Assembly (NCBI GenBank): GCA_014905635.1
Contig: CM026547.1
Location: 2,294,001 to 2,358,000, forward strand
Length of the DNA: 64,000 nt
Source of the DNA: Scenedesmus sp. PABB004
Lineage: Eukaryota
Direction: 5' to 3'
Positions 35,793-48,916 of this stretch are shown here, in pieces (position 1 is the first letter of the stretch; the number at the start of each line of letters is the position of its first letter). Both the position numbers and the translations under genes were made by a program. The notes beneath the pieces were generated by a model. That model saw only the letters and a program-made list of their open reading frames with translations. It was not told the DNA's origin and did no database searches.

Positions 35793-38700
35793 TCACAGCT
35801 CGGGCTGGCACTGCGCGCAGGCGTCGATGCCCTCCGAGTCGTACGGCGAGAAGAGGCTCTCCTGCTCCGCCTGGCCCGCGGGCCACGCGTACGCGCTGCG
35901 CAGCCGCTCCCACGCGGCCGCCTTGGCGCCGCCCGGCCCGACCGCGAGGCTCTCCTTGGCCGCGCCCGCCGCGCGCCGCCGCGCCGCGTCCTCGTACGCC
36001 TCGCGCTGTGCCTGCTCCATCGCCGCGGTCGCGTTGAGATTGGCGTGGATGCGCCGCGTCTCGCGCAGGTCGTCCCACGTGTCCAGCACGCTGTCCTGCG
36101 CCAGCCAGTCCTCGGCGTACACCGGCGTCCGCCGCGCGCTGGCGGCGGGCGGCGGGGGCTTGGCCGCGGCGCCGGCCGGCTTGGCCGCGCGGCGCTGCGC
36201 GGCGCCGCTCTCCAGGATCGTCTCCTCGCCCCTGTCCAGCGCCGGCGCGGCGGCGGACGCGCCGCCCGCGCGCGTGGCGCGGCCCTGCAGCGAGAAGCGC
36301 AGGTTGGCGAGGTTCTCAAACACCGGCGTGCCCGGCGCGGAGCTCGCGGCGAGCACGAGGCACGCCTCGGTGCGGCGGCCGGCCGAGGCGGGCAGGTCGA
36401 GGGCGCCGAGCTCGACCGTCCGCATCGTGCGCGCCGCGGGCAGCCGCGCGGCGAGGCTCGGCGCGGCGCCGTCCTGTATCTTGGCGTACTCGCCGACCGA
36501 GAGCTTGAACGTCGCCTGCACCTGGCTCGTGTACATCACGGCGACCTTGTAGCGCCCGCCCGTCACCACCTGCGCGGCGCCGCGTGGCGGCAGCACGCGG
36601 CGGCACGCGGCGGAGCGGGGTCAGAAAGGGGCGGCTGGGCGCGCGGCGCGCAGGCGCAGCGCGGCGCTGGCTCGCGCGCGGCCGGCTGCGCTGGCAGCCC
36701 CGTGCGCGCGCGCCGGCCGCGGCCTCACGTCGAGCGCAAAGCAGGCGCTGTCGCCGACGCGGCTGAAGCCGGCGGCGCCGTTGGGCAGCAGCTGCACGCG
36801 GCCGGGCGTGCGCTCGTGCGCGCCGTCGGGCAGCACGTTTGTCACGCCCCACTCGCCGAGGCCGAGGAAAAAGGTGGGCTTGTTGAAGCTGTGGTGGTCC
36901 GACACGAGCTCGCCAAAGTGGCGCCGCGCCGCGGCGGAGAGCTGCGCCGCGAGCGCGTCGCCCTCCGCCCCGCCGACCTCGTTGCAGGGCAGCTCAATGT
37001 GGCTAGCGCCGGGGAGGCGGTAGACCTTGCCAGTCGCGCCGAGCCACTTGAAGTCCTTGTACCGCACGCCGAAGCAGCGCGCAAAGCCCTGCCCGTCGAC
37101 GCCGCCGGTGTCGTAGTCGAGCAGCGGCTGCGGCTTGAGCACGGTCCGGTCGGGGCCGAGCGCGGGCACGCTGTCGGGGCTCCAGCACTGCGGGCCCATC
37201 TCCATGACGTAGCGCCCGAGCTGCGCGGCGCTCGCGCGCCGCGTGCCGCGCAGGCTCGCGGCCGGGCGGCCCGCGCCGACGAGGAGCAGGTTTTGGAAGC
37301 TCAGCCCGTCCCAGGGCAGGTGCGCGACGCCGCCCGCGCCGGCGAGGCCCGCGACCGTGGGCAGGACGTCGGTGATGGAGAGCAGCGTGCTGTCAATCAC
37401 GCCCGCCTGCACGCCCGGGCCGCGCACGGCCAGGAAGTTGCGTACGCCCCCCTCCTCCACGCTCTTCTTGTAGCCCTGCATGCCGCTCGGCATGCGGCGC
37501 TGCGGCCGCGGACGCGGCGGCGGCGGGGGTCTCAGCCGCGGGGCCCGCGCGGGCACCGCGGCGCGGCGGCCGCGGGTGGCACGGCGCCCCGCACCAGCTT
37601 GTCGCGGCCGCGGCGCTCCGTGGGGAAGAGTTCTGCGCCGTTGTCCGACATGAGGAGGACGTAGGTATTGTCGCGCAGCGGGCTGGCGTTGATGAAGTCA
37701 AACAGGCGCCCCAGCACGTCGTCCATGTACTCCAGCATTGCCCACACCTGCGCGGCCGCGCGGCGGCAGGGCTCGGCGCGCGGCGCGAGGGAGGCGGCGC
37801 CGGGGAGGCGGCGGCGCGGCGGCGCGGCGGCGCAGGCCAGGGCGCGGCGCAGGCCAGGGCGCGGCGCGGCGGCGGCGCGCGCGCCTCGGCGGTGTCGCCG
37901 GGCAGCTTGGGCGTCATGTTTTTGTACTTGCTCTTGTACGGCTCCGGCGCGGGGCGCTGCCAGCGCGGGCCCTGCCCGGGGCGCATGAAGCCCCTGCGGC
38001 GCGGCGCGCGGCGCGTGGGCGGCGCGGCGGCGCGGCGCCCGCCTGCCCGCCGGCGCACTGGCCGGCCGGCGGCGACGGCGCGGCGTGCCGCGGCGCGGCG
38101 CGGCTCACTGGTGGATCGCGTGCGGCGCGTAGTACTGCGCGGCGGCGGCGCGGGGCGGTGCGCGGGGCGGCTGAGCGTGGTGGCGGCGGCGCGCCGCGCC
38201 GGCACAAGCTCTGCGCCGGCGCGCGCTGCGTGTGTGCGTGCGTGCTGCGTGGTGTCGCACCATGAAGAAGGGCTTTGCGCCGGGGGCCTCGTGCTGCTTG
38301 AGGTAGCCGATGACCTTGTCCATGAGGTCCTGCTCCATCAGGCCCTTGGTCTGGACGTACGCGCCGTTGTGCCTGCGCAGCGGCGCGAGCGGCGCGCGGC
38401 GGCGTGAGCGGCGCGGTCCCCCCTGGGCGCCGCCGCGACGGCGCCGCGGCGCCCCCGCGCACCGCATGAGGTTGTCCAGGTGCACGTGGCTCGACGGCAG
38501 CCAGCTCTCCTGGAACCCCACCTCCCACGGCTCGTAGCCCAGCGTGCGGCCGTTGTGCCTGCCGGGCGCGCGCGCCGCGGCGGCGCTCCGGTCGGCGCCG
38601 CCCCGCTGGGCCGCCCGCCCGCGCCGGCTGCGCGCGGCCCGACACCAGACCCACGGCCCCCGCACCATTTCCCAAAGTGGGCCGTGTCGTAGCCGGCGGC

Positions 38701-39900
38701 GGCAAACAGCTCGCCCGCGGTCACCTCGGCGCGGTTGATGTAGTCGTAGCCTGGCGGCCGCGGAGGTGGGCCGCGCGTGAGCGCGACGCCGCGCTGCGCC
38801 GTCCCGCGCCGCATGCCCTGCCCCGCCGCCGCCGCCCGCCCGCCAGCCCGTCCGCCCGCCCGCGCGCGGCGCACCCCCGTTGATGAGCATCGTGCCGGTG
38901 CGCTGGTAGTCGCGGCCGGTCAGCAGCATCGCGCGCGTCTGGCTGCACATGGGGCTGACGTAAAAGTTGTCAAACTCGGTGCTGCCGCGCAGGAAGGCGT
39001 CGATGTTGGGCGTGTTGACCCACGTCGGGCGGCCGCCGGGCGGCTGCGGCTGGTGCAGCCCAATGTCGTCGTAGCCCTGCCCGGAAGGAGAAAGGGAGGG
39101 GGGGGGGGAGGTCGGCGGCGGCGGCGCGCGCCCGGCCCGCCGCCGCCGCTGCGGACGTGCGTGTGCGAGCGCGTGGCGGCGTGGCCCGGCGCGCCCACCT
39201 GGTCGTCGGTGAGGACGACGATGATGTTGGGCCGCGCGCCGGCCGGCAGCGCGGGGATGGGCGCGCCCGGCGTCGCGCGCGGCGGCAGCGCTGCGGCGGC
39301 GCGTCGCGGCGGCGGCGGCACGCGGGGCAGTGGGGCGGCGGCGGGGGGTGGGGGCGGGCCGCGCGGCCGCCGCGCGGGGCGTCACCGGCGCTGCCCGGCG
39401 CCGTCGCAGCGCCGCCGCTGCCGCCGCTGCCGCCGCTGCTCACTCGGCGGCGTGCAGCCGTAGGCGGGGCCGTAGTTGGGCTTCGCGCCGCCCGGCGCGG
39501 CCTTGGCGCTGCCGCCGAGCTGCTGCTGCTGCCGCGGCGGGCTGCGCTCCTCGGCGCCCGCCGCCGCCACATCGTCTGCGACCGCGGGGGCGGGCGCGTC
39601 AGGCACCGCGCTGAGCGGCGCCGGGCGCCAGGCGCCGCGCGTGGAGCTGGCGCCAGGCAGCGCGCGCGATGCGGGGCGCGCGTCGCGCCGAGCCGGCCGC
39701 AGGCGCCGGCGCCGCGGCCGTGGCGTTGTACAAGCGCGCTGTGCGCACACACGCGACGCCACGCCGCCCAGGCGCCTGCTGCCGCCGTTTCGCGGCGCGC
39801 GCGTGCCGCCCGCCTCACCGGTCGCGCTGCGCACGCACGCGGCCGCCAGCAGGCACGCCAGCACCGCGACCGCCAGCGTGAGACGCCGGGGGGCCGCCAT
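35793..39900 (-). CDS. Secreted formylglycine-type arylsulfatase with C-terminal extension, 12 exons
   Basis: Signal peptide, PNIIVVLTDDQGYDD, CSQTRAMLLTGR, GYDTAHFGKWH, MSDNG, K..EEGGVR. Confidence 0.88.
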
Positions 39901-40476
39901 GGCGCGCGCTGCGGCGGCCGGGCCGCGGACTGCCTTGCAAGGGGGCGCGCCGTTCACGGCGTGCGCGCCATCAACGTAGCTTGAGAAGAAGGCGCCAGAG
40001 GGAGCGGTGTGGGGCGAGTCCCGGCCGCGATGCGGCGGCGGGATGCGGTGACCTCGCTGCTGTTCAGCGGCTGGCCCGCCGGTGTGAGACGCCGCGCGCC
40101 CGGGCGGCTGGCCCGTGAGGTACGCGGAAAGTCTGGGAACTCGGTTCTGGGCCGTGACGCGGCGATCGACCGTGGGTGGGGGAGGGCGGTGGGTGACAAG
40201 GAGGTCGAGCTGGGCTGGCTCGCACGGTGCGACTCCGCCTCCGGCGAACGGCCTCGTGCGAGAGACAGCACGAGCTCAAGCGCAGGAGGACGAGCGGCGC
40301 GCCCGCGTCCCACGCGCGCAGGCCCGCCGCCGCCTGTGAGCGCGCCGGAGTGAGCGATCCGCGGAACTCGGCGGCGCGCGCACGGGTGGCTGTTCCAGAG
40401 CGCCTGCAGGAACGCCGATCGTCTCACCCCCAATCAGCGCGTGCTGGAGCCACAAAAGTGCACGCGCGTCACTCGC

Positions 40477-43400
40477 TCACGACGACAGGCCGAGGTCGTC
40501 GGGCAGCGCCGCCGCGGCGTCGACCGCAGCGCCGCCCAGCGCGGCGTCGCCGCTGCCGAAGCCGCCTCCGCTCGCGCCCCAGCTGGCGTCGCTGCTGAAC
40601 GCCGACAGACCGGGCGCGCCAAACGCGAAGCTGCCGCCAAACTGGGGCGTTCCGCCGCCGCCGCCGCCGCCGCCGCCGCTGGCCCCGTGCTGCGCCGCAG
40701 CGAGCAGCAGCTGCTGCTGCTCCGCATGCAGCTGCCGCAGCTGCGCCGCCTGCGCCTGCAGTAGCTCGGCCTGCGCCTGCAGGCTCTCGGCCGCGGCGAG
40801 GCCGCCGCCCAGCGGCAGACCAAAGTACGGGCCGCCGAGCGCCGCGGCCGCCGCCGGCGGGTGCTGCCCCAGCTGCAGCAGCGCGCCCCCGCCGTGCTGC
40901 GCATAAGCTCCGAGGCCGCCGTCCGGCGAGGCGAGCGGCGACGCGCGGCCGCTCAGCTGCGCGGCGTCCAGGCCGTGCAGCGAGAGGTGCTGCACCAGCC
41001 GGGCGCGCAGCGCCGCGTCGTGGTCTCCGCCGGCGCCTGCGGCGCTGTCGGGCACGCGCCCGAGCACCGCCGGGTCCTTGGGCGCCAGCGGCGGCAGCGC
41101 CGCGTCGCCCAGGCCCAGCGCGGAGCTCCAGATGCCCGCCGCCGCCACCGTGCTGCGGCCGCCGGGGGCGCCGCCGGCAGGCACGGCGGGCGCGGCGCCG
41201 CCCGGCGCGGGCGACGCGGTCCGGGCCGGCCCCTGAAGCAGCTCGGCCGCTTCGCTGCCGCCGGCGCCACTGCCACCGCCGCCGCCGCTGCCCCAGCTTC
41301 CGCCGCCGAGGTCGAGGAGGCCCAGCCGCGCCGCGCCGGCGCGGCCGCCGCCCCCGCTGCCGGCCGGCGCCGCCGCGCTGTCGCCCAACTGCCGCCCGCC
41401 GCTGTCGGCCGCGGCCAGCGCGCTCTGCGCCGCGCCCGCCTGGGCAGTATGCCAGCCCGCCGGCGCGGCGGCGTCGAGCTGCGGCTGCGCCGCCGCCGCC
41501 ACCGCTGGCGAGGCGTCGTCCAGCAGCGCCAGCATGTCCCGGCCCAGCCGGTCGAGGCTGTCGCTGCGTGCGTGCGCCCAGCCAGGCGCGGGCGGCGTCG
41601 CCGCCCGCGCGGGCGCCGCGGCGGGCGTGGGGCTCGGCGCCCCGCCGCGGCGGCTGGCCTGCCCGCCCGCCTCGCGCGGCACGCCGCGACCCGCGGAGCT
41701 GCCAAACACCACCGCCAGGGCCTTGCCGCGCTCGGCGGCCTTGGTTCGCGCGGCGCGGCGCTCCGCCGCAGCCTTGTCGCGCTCCGCCCTGCCGCGCTCG
41801 GCGCGCTCGGCGCGCTCCCTCTCCTTGGACTCCCGCCGCGCGCGCTCCGCCTCGGCGCGCTCGCGATCCAGCTCGGCCTGCTGGCGCTGGTCGCGCCGCA
41901 GCACCCGCCACGCGCGCGCCGCGAGCTCGCCCAGCACCGCTCGCACGTGCGGCGGCACGCCGTCCGCGCCACCGGCGTGGCTGGCGTCGCTCGCGTCGCT
42001 CGCGTCGCTGGCGGACGACGAGCTGCTGCTCCCCAAACTGCAGGCGCGCAGCAGCTGGCGCGCGCCGGCGCCGCCCCCCGGCCCGCTGCCGGCGTCGTCG
42101 CGCGGCTCGCTCGCCGGCTGCTCCGCGTCCCCTGCTGCAGCCGGCTCCTGCTGCCCAGCCTGCTCTTTTGCCTTGCGCGCCAGCTGCCGCGCTGGCAGGC
42201 CGAGCACCTCCTCTGCCTTGTCCAGGGCGGCGCGCAGCGCCGCAATTCGCCTGCTGGCAGGCCAGTCGCTGTGCGGCTTCAGCGCGGCCTCGAGCTCCTG
42301 CTGCGCCTCTGCTGCCGCCAGCTCGCGCAGCAGCCGGCGAGCGGGCTCCAGCGCGGACGCCGCCACGCCGGCCTGCTCCGCCGCGTCGAGCCTGGCAGCC
42401 AGCTGCGCGTGCGCCGCGCCGCCGGGCTCGTCCGCCGCCGTCGTCGCGGCCGCCTCCAGCAGCTGCTGCGCCTTGAGCACGCGCCGCGGCGCCGCGGCAA
42501 CCTTCACGCCCGCAGCCGTCGCCTCGGCGATGAGCCGCGACAGCGCGGAGCTACTCACGCCGTCGCGCAGCGCGGCGCAGAGCCTGGCCTCGCACGTCGA
42601 CTGCGCGCGCCACGCCGCCAGCGCGTCCGCCGCGCGGGCCGCCTCGCCGGGCAGCAGCTCCTCGCAGCGCCGCGCGTCGCGCATGGCCGCCTCGACCGGC
42701 GCCGCCAGCGCGTCCAGCGCCGCGCTGCCTGCGCTGCCCGCGCTCGCCGCCGCGAGGCCGCGCAGCGCGGCGTCCAGCTGCTGCTTCACGCGCGCCGCAG
42801 CGGTGAGGCGCGCGCGCAGCTCGCTGGCGGCGCGGTACTCCTCGGGCGCCAGCTCCTCCGCGCCGACCTTGCGCGCGTTGAGGATGGCCGCCTCCAGCCG
42901 GGGCAGCTCCGCGACGCTGCGGTGCGCGAGGCAGGCCCTGTGCAGCGCCTCGGCGCTACGCTCGACCTCCAGCCGCCGCCGCGCTGCCTGCAGGCGCGGC
43001 AGCAGCGCATCGCTGAACGCGGCGCTGGCGGCGCCGCCGGCGGCGCCGCCGCTCGCGCCGGCCACCGCGGCGGCCGCCGCCTCGGCCTTGGCGACGGCCG
43101 CCCTGAGCGGCCCGCTGCCACACGGCCGGCGCGCCATGCACGCGTCCAGCGCGCCCGCCGCGTCCGCCGCGGCGGCCTGCGCCTGCAGCTCCTTCACCAG
43201 CTTGCGCGCCCGGATCACGCCCGCGCCCACGCCCGCCTCGCGCGCCGCCTCCGCCGCCGCCTCGAGCGCCGCCACGCCGCGCTCCCACGCCGCGGCGTCA
43301 AAGCCCTGCAGCGGCGGCGCCGCCAGCGCCTCACCGCCGCCGGCCTCGCCCGGCGGTGCGGCTGCGCCGCCGGCGGCGACGCTGGCGGCGGTGCGCCGGA

Positions 43401-46400
43401 CGACGCCATCTACCACCGCCTGCAGTGCGGCCGCCGCCGCGGCGCGCTGGCTGGCCTGCTCGTGCAGCGCGCGCGCCGCCGCCATGTCCGCGCCGAGGCT
43501 GGCAAACGGCTGTGCCGCGGCGATGGCCTCGGCCAGCGCCGCTGCGCTCTCGGCGCTCGCGCCGGACGTGCGCGCTGCCTGGAGCAGCTCCCGCAGCCGC
43601 GCGCCCGCGGAGAGCTCGCGCTCGGTGGCGTCCGCCACCTGCGCCGCCAGCGCCTTGACCGCGGGCGAGGGGCAGGTGGCGAGGCCCCGCGCCGCCTGCA
43701 GCTGGTCCAGCAGCGCTGCCGACACGGGCCGCGCCAGCAGGGGCGGGCGGGGCAAGCCGCCGGCGCCGCTGCCGCGGTCCGCGCCGCCGGCGCCGCCGTC
43801 CCGCTGGGGGTCCAGCAGCGCGGCGGCGAGGGCCTCCTCCAGCGTGGTGACGGGCCCCAGGCAGGCGCCGAGCAGCGCCTCGGCAATGAGCAGGTCACTC
43901 TCCGCGGTGCGCGCCCACGCCCGCAGCGCGGCGACCTGCGCGGCGCCCCAGCGGGCGGCGGTGGGCGGATGACGGCGTCAGCGGGCCGCGGAGCCGGCAT
44001 GGCGCTCGTGGCGAGCAGCCAACGCGCGGCGAGCAGGCGCCGTGCGCCCCCAGCGCAGGCCCGCCGCGCACCAGCTCGGTGCCGACCGCCGCCTCCGCGC
44101 CAGCGCCGCCGCCCGCCAGCCCTGCCGCCACGAGGCGGTCCCACTCCTGCAAGCACTGCTGCGCGCGCCACACGGTCGCCTTGCTGGGCGGCGTCCGCGC
44201 GTCGGTGGCGACCAGCAGCGCGATGTGCGCGTGCACGACGCGCCCCAGCGCCGCGCCCACGCGCGCCGCGCGGCGGGCATGCCGGGGCGCGCCGCGCTGC
44301 ACGCGCGCGTTCAGCTGCGCAGCGGCTGCGTGGGCGCTCCGGACGGCCTGCACCGCCAGCGCGGTGCAGCCCGCGCAGCCGCACGCCTCAAACTTGAGCA
44401 GCACGCTCTCAGCCCAACAGCAGTACACCTCCGCCTGCTCATCCTCCGGCACCACCAGCGGCGCCGCCGGCCCCACAGCTGCCGCGCCGCCGTCCTCGCT
44501 GCCGCCGTCAGCGCTGCCACAGTCCTCGCTGCCGCTGCCGCTGCCGCTGCCACCGCTGCTGCTGCCGTCGTCGCTGCTGCCGTCGCACGACGAGGCGCTA
44601 CCACACAGGTCGAGTCCCTGCAGCGCGTGCACCGCGCGCACGCAGCACCCAAATGCGAGCTCCGTCGCGTCGTCGCCGCCGGGCTCGCACGGCGGCGCCT
44701 CGCCACCGCAGCCCGCACCGCCGGCGGCGAGCGCTGGCCCGGGCGGTGCTGGCGCGGCGCTGCCGCAGCTGCCGCCTCCAGCCCCGACCTGCTCCTGCTG
44801 CTGCCGCCGCCCGCCTGCGGCGCTGCTGTTCAGCAGCGCATCGTCCGGCGCCAGCTCGGACAAGCTGCGGCCTCCCGCTGCTTCTGCAGCGGCCGAGGGC
44901 GTTGCCGGCGCGAGCGGCTCCAGCCCGGCATCACTGCTGGAGCTGGAGCACACGCCACTGCCGTGCTCGCCGCTGCTTCTCCGCGCCTGCGGCGGCTCCG
45001 CCCTGTGCTGCCGGAAGCCTGCCCGCTGCTTGGCCGCCGCCAGGTGCGCGCGGCCCTGCGCCGCCTCGTCTCGCATGCGCGCCAGCAGCCCGCAGCGGCG
45101 CGCGTGCTGGTCCTGCCGCCGCTGCTGCTGCCGCTTCGACACGTGCGCCTGCAGCACCGGCCGCTGCAGCGACGTTGCGCTGACGGTGAAGCCCACCAGC
45201 GCCAGCAGGCAAAGCCAGGCGAGGCGAAGCCAGGGCCCCACGCCGAGCTGGAAGGCCAGCAGGCAGCGCTGCGCGATGAGGCTGCGCGCGACGCGGCTGC
45301 GGCACTCCCACACCTGCGCCGGCGCAGCAGCACTGAGGCGGCGCGGTGCGTGCTCGCCGGCCGCGCCGCGCCCGCCGCGCCCGCCCTTGCACTGGCTGCC
45401 GCGCGGCGCGCGCCGCCGCGCGCACCGCACCTCCTGCTCTTCCCGCCCCAGGCAGTGGCACGCGCGGCGCCCCGTCTCGCGGTCGAAGCCGCAGCAAGCG
45501 GGCACCAGCTGCAGCGGCAGCTCGCCCGCCGCCGTGCGCAGCGTGGGGTCGGCGCCGCTGAACAGCAGGAGGTCCACCTGCGCGGGGTTGCCGCGCAGCG
45601 CTGCGCAGTGCAGCGGCGTGGCGCCGTCGAGCAGCGCCGCGACCGTGTCCAGCGGCTCCCCGTCAGCGGCGGCCGCCGCGCCCGCAGCCGGCCGCGCCGG
45701 CACGCCGTCGCCGCCGCCTGGCAACGCCTGCTGCTGCTGCTGCCGCTGCTGCTGTGCCTGCGGCCCGTGCAACAGCGCCGCGCGCAGCACGGGCGGCACG
45801 CTGTCGGCGTGCTCCTGGCGCGTCATAAAGTCAAGCAGCGGCCGCACGAGCTGCGGGTGCAGGCGCGTGTTGACCAGCGCCCGCCGCTCGGCCTCGTCCA
45901 CCGCGAGCGCCGACAGCGGCGCGCCGCAGTCGTCGCCGTCGCCGCCGCCGCGCAGCCCGCGCGGCGGCGGGCAGAGGCGCGGCAGCTGGTGCCAGGGGAT
46001 GCAGAGGAGGAACTCCAGGAAGCCAGGCGGTGCGTTCATGAGCGCCGCAGCAGCCAGCGCTGCGCCCCCCACGGCCTGCAGGCGCGGCGGCCGGTCGGGG
46101 CGGGCGGGCCGCGCGCGCGCGGCCGCGCGCCCTGCGACGCGCGCGCGCAGCCGCCGCCGCCGCGCACCCGGCAGCGCTGCGGGGTGAGCTCGTGCAGCGG
46201 GTCCTCGCACGCGCGCGGCAGCACCGCGGACAGCGCGGCGGGCAGCAGGTCGCCCAGCACGCCCTCGGTGATGGCCTTGACCCGCGCGTCCTCGCGGTCC
46301 ATGTGCCGCTGCAGCTTGGCCTCCAGCGCCGCGTGCCGCGTGGGGTGCCGCGCCGCGCCCGCGGCAGCGGGGCGCTCGCCATTGGCCGCGCCGCCCGGCG

Positions 46401-46470
46401 GCGGCGGGTCGGCGCCGGCGCATGCAGACGCGCCGCCGCCGGACGCGCCGGGGGTGCTGCTGCTGCTCAT
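40477..46470 (-). CDS. Large (about 1,900 aa) ankyrin-repeat protein of unknown function, at least 4 exons; start uncertain
   Basis: GATPLHCAALRGNPAQVDLLLFSGADPTLRTAAGELPLQL (ankyrin). Three GT-AG introns join exons in frame into the long final exon that contains ORF 40477-43755. Confidence 0.7.
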
Positions 46471-47096
46471 GGCCGCGGCCGGCGCCCAGCCGCCGCGGCC
46501 GCGCGCTGCTCACGCAGAGGCCCTGCGCGCGGCGGCGCGCGTGCGCGGTGTGGGCTGCTGCGCGCCGCGGCTGCCGGCCCCGCGGCAGCGCGCGCCCCTC
46601 ACCGAGCGTGTCCCGCTGCCCGGCTGCGCGCATCAGGGGGCATCGGCGCCTCCGCAAGAAGCCCGCAGCCTGCGGCGGCGGCGGCGGTCGGGCGTGCGCT
46701 GCTGCTGCTGCGGCGCCGCAATGCCTGCACAGGCGAAGGTCCAGCTGCGTGGTCCCGCCCATGACACCCACAGCGCGCGCCTGCCTGCTCGTGTGTCGGT
46801 CGCGGCCGGCCCACCACCTGCGCCCGCCCCCGTGAGCGGGCGCCACCGCGCCCTGCGCCTGCACGTCCTGAGGCTGCGAGGCTGTTGATGAGGCTGCCGC
46901 TGCGGCTGCTGCTGAGGCTGCTGCCGCAGCGCAACGAGCGGCGGCGCGGCGGAGCAGCGCTGCGGAGCGGTGCCGCTGCGCGGAGGGAAGCAACGGCACC
47001 AGCTGGACTGGCACGCGTGCGGGCTGTGAGACGCGGGGGCCGGCCTGTTTCAGCGGCCCGTCGCCAGCCCTTGACCTCGTCGCCCCCGGCCCGGCC

Positions 47097-48665
47097 CTAA
47101 ACCTCGTCGTCGTCGTTGTCCGCCGGCAGCGCGGTCAGCACCTCGACGCCGTCGTGCGTGACGAGCAGGGTATGCTCAAACTGCGCCGCGTAGCTGCCGT
47201 CGGCGGTGACCACGGTCCAGCCGTCGCGCCAGGTCGTGTGCCGGGCGCCCCCGAGCGTGAGGATGGGTTCGATCGTGAAGGTCTGCCCCACCTCCATCGC
47301 GCCGGGCCGCACGTTCCGGTGGTGCAGCACGGCCGGCGCGGCGTGAAAGGCGCGGCCGATGCCGTGGCCGACAAAGTCGCGCACCAGCCCCAGCCCTGTG
47401 GCGGCGGCGGCCGCGGGCGCGTGGCGCGGCAGGCGCGCGCGGCGCCCGCCCCGCCCCGCACGCCCCGCCCTGCCCCGCGCTCACCCGCGGCGTCCGCGAC
47501 GCGGTGTATGGCGTGCCCGATCGCGCGGAACGGCACGCCCGGCCCGCACACGGCGATCCCCGCGTCCAGCGCGGCGCGCGTCGCCTCGACCAGCTCCGCC
47601 ACCGCGGGCGCGGGCTCGCCTGCAGCGGCGCGGCGCGTCGGCGGCCGGCCGGCCGCGCGCCGCCGTCGCCGTCGCCGCCGCACTGGCGCGCGCGGGCGGG
47701 CGCGCCGCCGCACCGACGTAGAACGTTGCGTTGGTGTCGCCGTGGTGGCCGCCCAGGTAGGCGGTCACGTCAACGTTCACGACGTCGCCCTCGGCCAGCG
47801 GCCGCGCGTCAGGGATGCCGTGGCAGACGACCTGCCCCGCGTGTGCGCGCGCGGCGCGGCCCCTCGGCGCCGCTGCCCGGCGCGCGCGCGCGCGCGCGCG
47901 TGCGCGCGCACCCCCTCGGCGCCGGCCTCCCCCGCACCGCCGGCCGGCGGTGTCGCCCGCCCACCTCGTTCACGCTCGTGCAGATGCTCTTGGGAAAGCC
48001 GTGATAGCGCAGAGGCGAGGGGTAGGCGCCCGCGGCGACGACATACTCGTGCACCGCCGCGTCGATCGCGTCCGTGCTCACGCCCGGCGCGACGAGCGCG
48101 CCCGCGAGCCGCAGCGCGCGCGCCGCGAGCCGCCCCGCGGCGCGCATCGCCGCGACGCCCTGCGCGCGCCCCCGCGCGTGAGCGCGGCGGGGCGGGCCGC
48201 GCCGTGCGCCTGCTCCGCGTCCGTGTCTGCGCCTGCGCCGCGCCGCGCCCGCGCCCGGCCCACCTCCGCGTCATGCACCTCCGGCCGCCGGGACAGGCCG
48301 CACTGCAGCCCGCCCTGCACGGCGCCGCCCAGGGCGTAGGGCGGGCGCGCGATGTGCGGCGGCACCGCGCGCTCCGGCGAGACAGCCGCCGGCGCCAGCG
48401 GCGCCGCCGGGCGGCGCTGCGCGCTGCTCCGCGCGGCGCGCTTCGCTCGGCCGGCGAGGCTGGCCAGCAGCACGCCGCCCCAGCCGCCTGGCGCCTGCTG
48501 CGCCCGCTGCGTCTGCTGCTGCTGCTGCTGCGTCTGCTGTTGCGTCTGCTGCTGCTGCTCCTGGAGCCCGGCGTCGCTGCTGAAGCCGGCCGCCGCGGTC
48601 GTGCCGCGCCGCCACTGCTGCCGCGCGAGCAGGGCCGCCGCCGACTGCCGCGCGCGGCTGGCCAT
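47097..48665 (-). CDS. Methionine aminopeptidase type 1, organellar, 5 exons
   Basis: [45 protein letters not shown]. Presequence-like N-terminus. Confidence 0.94.
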
Positions 48666-48916
48666 GCGGGTATAACGGGCGGCGCTGCCCTGGCGAGGCG
48701 GCGGCACTGGCGGCTGCCGCCGCGGGCGGTGCGGGCGTGCGGCAGCGGCGGGGCGCGGTGCGGCGCAAGTGACAGACAACAGGCTGACTCGCCCTGCCTC
48801 GCTCGAGTTCCGGTCGTCGCGCATGGCCTGACCAGGGCGAGAGCGCGCGTGACCCAAGCAGTGCGACACGCGCCGCCGCCGCCTGGCCGGCTGCTGCTGC
48901 TGTCGCGCGTGGCGCC

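Noticed and set aside
40120..40140. GGAAAGTC resembling RNase P/MRP CR-I
   Set aside because: No matching CR-V/P4 partner found downstream.
40861..44397. Very long plus-strand ORFs (1178 aa, 812 aa) and many similar R/A/P/G-rich ORFs across the window
   Set aside because: They are antisense or off-frame shadows of real genes, caused by stop-codon scarcity at very high GC, and carry no motifs.
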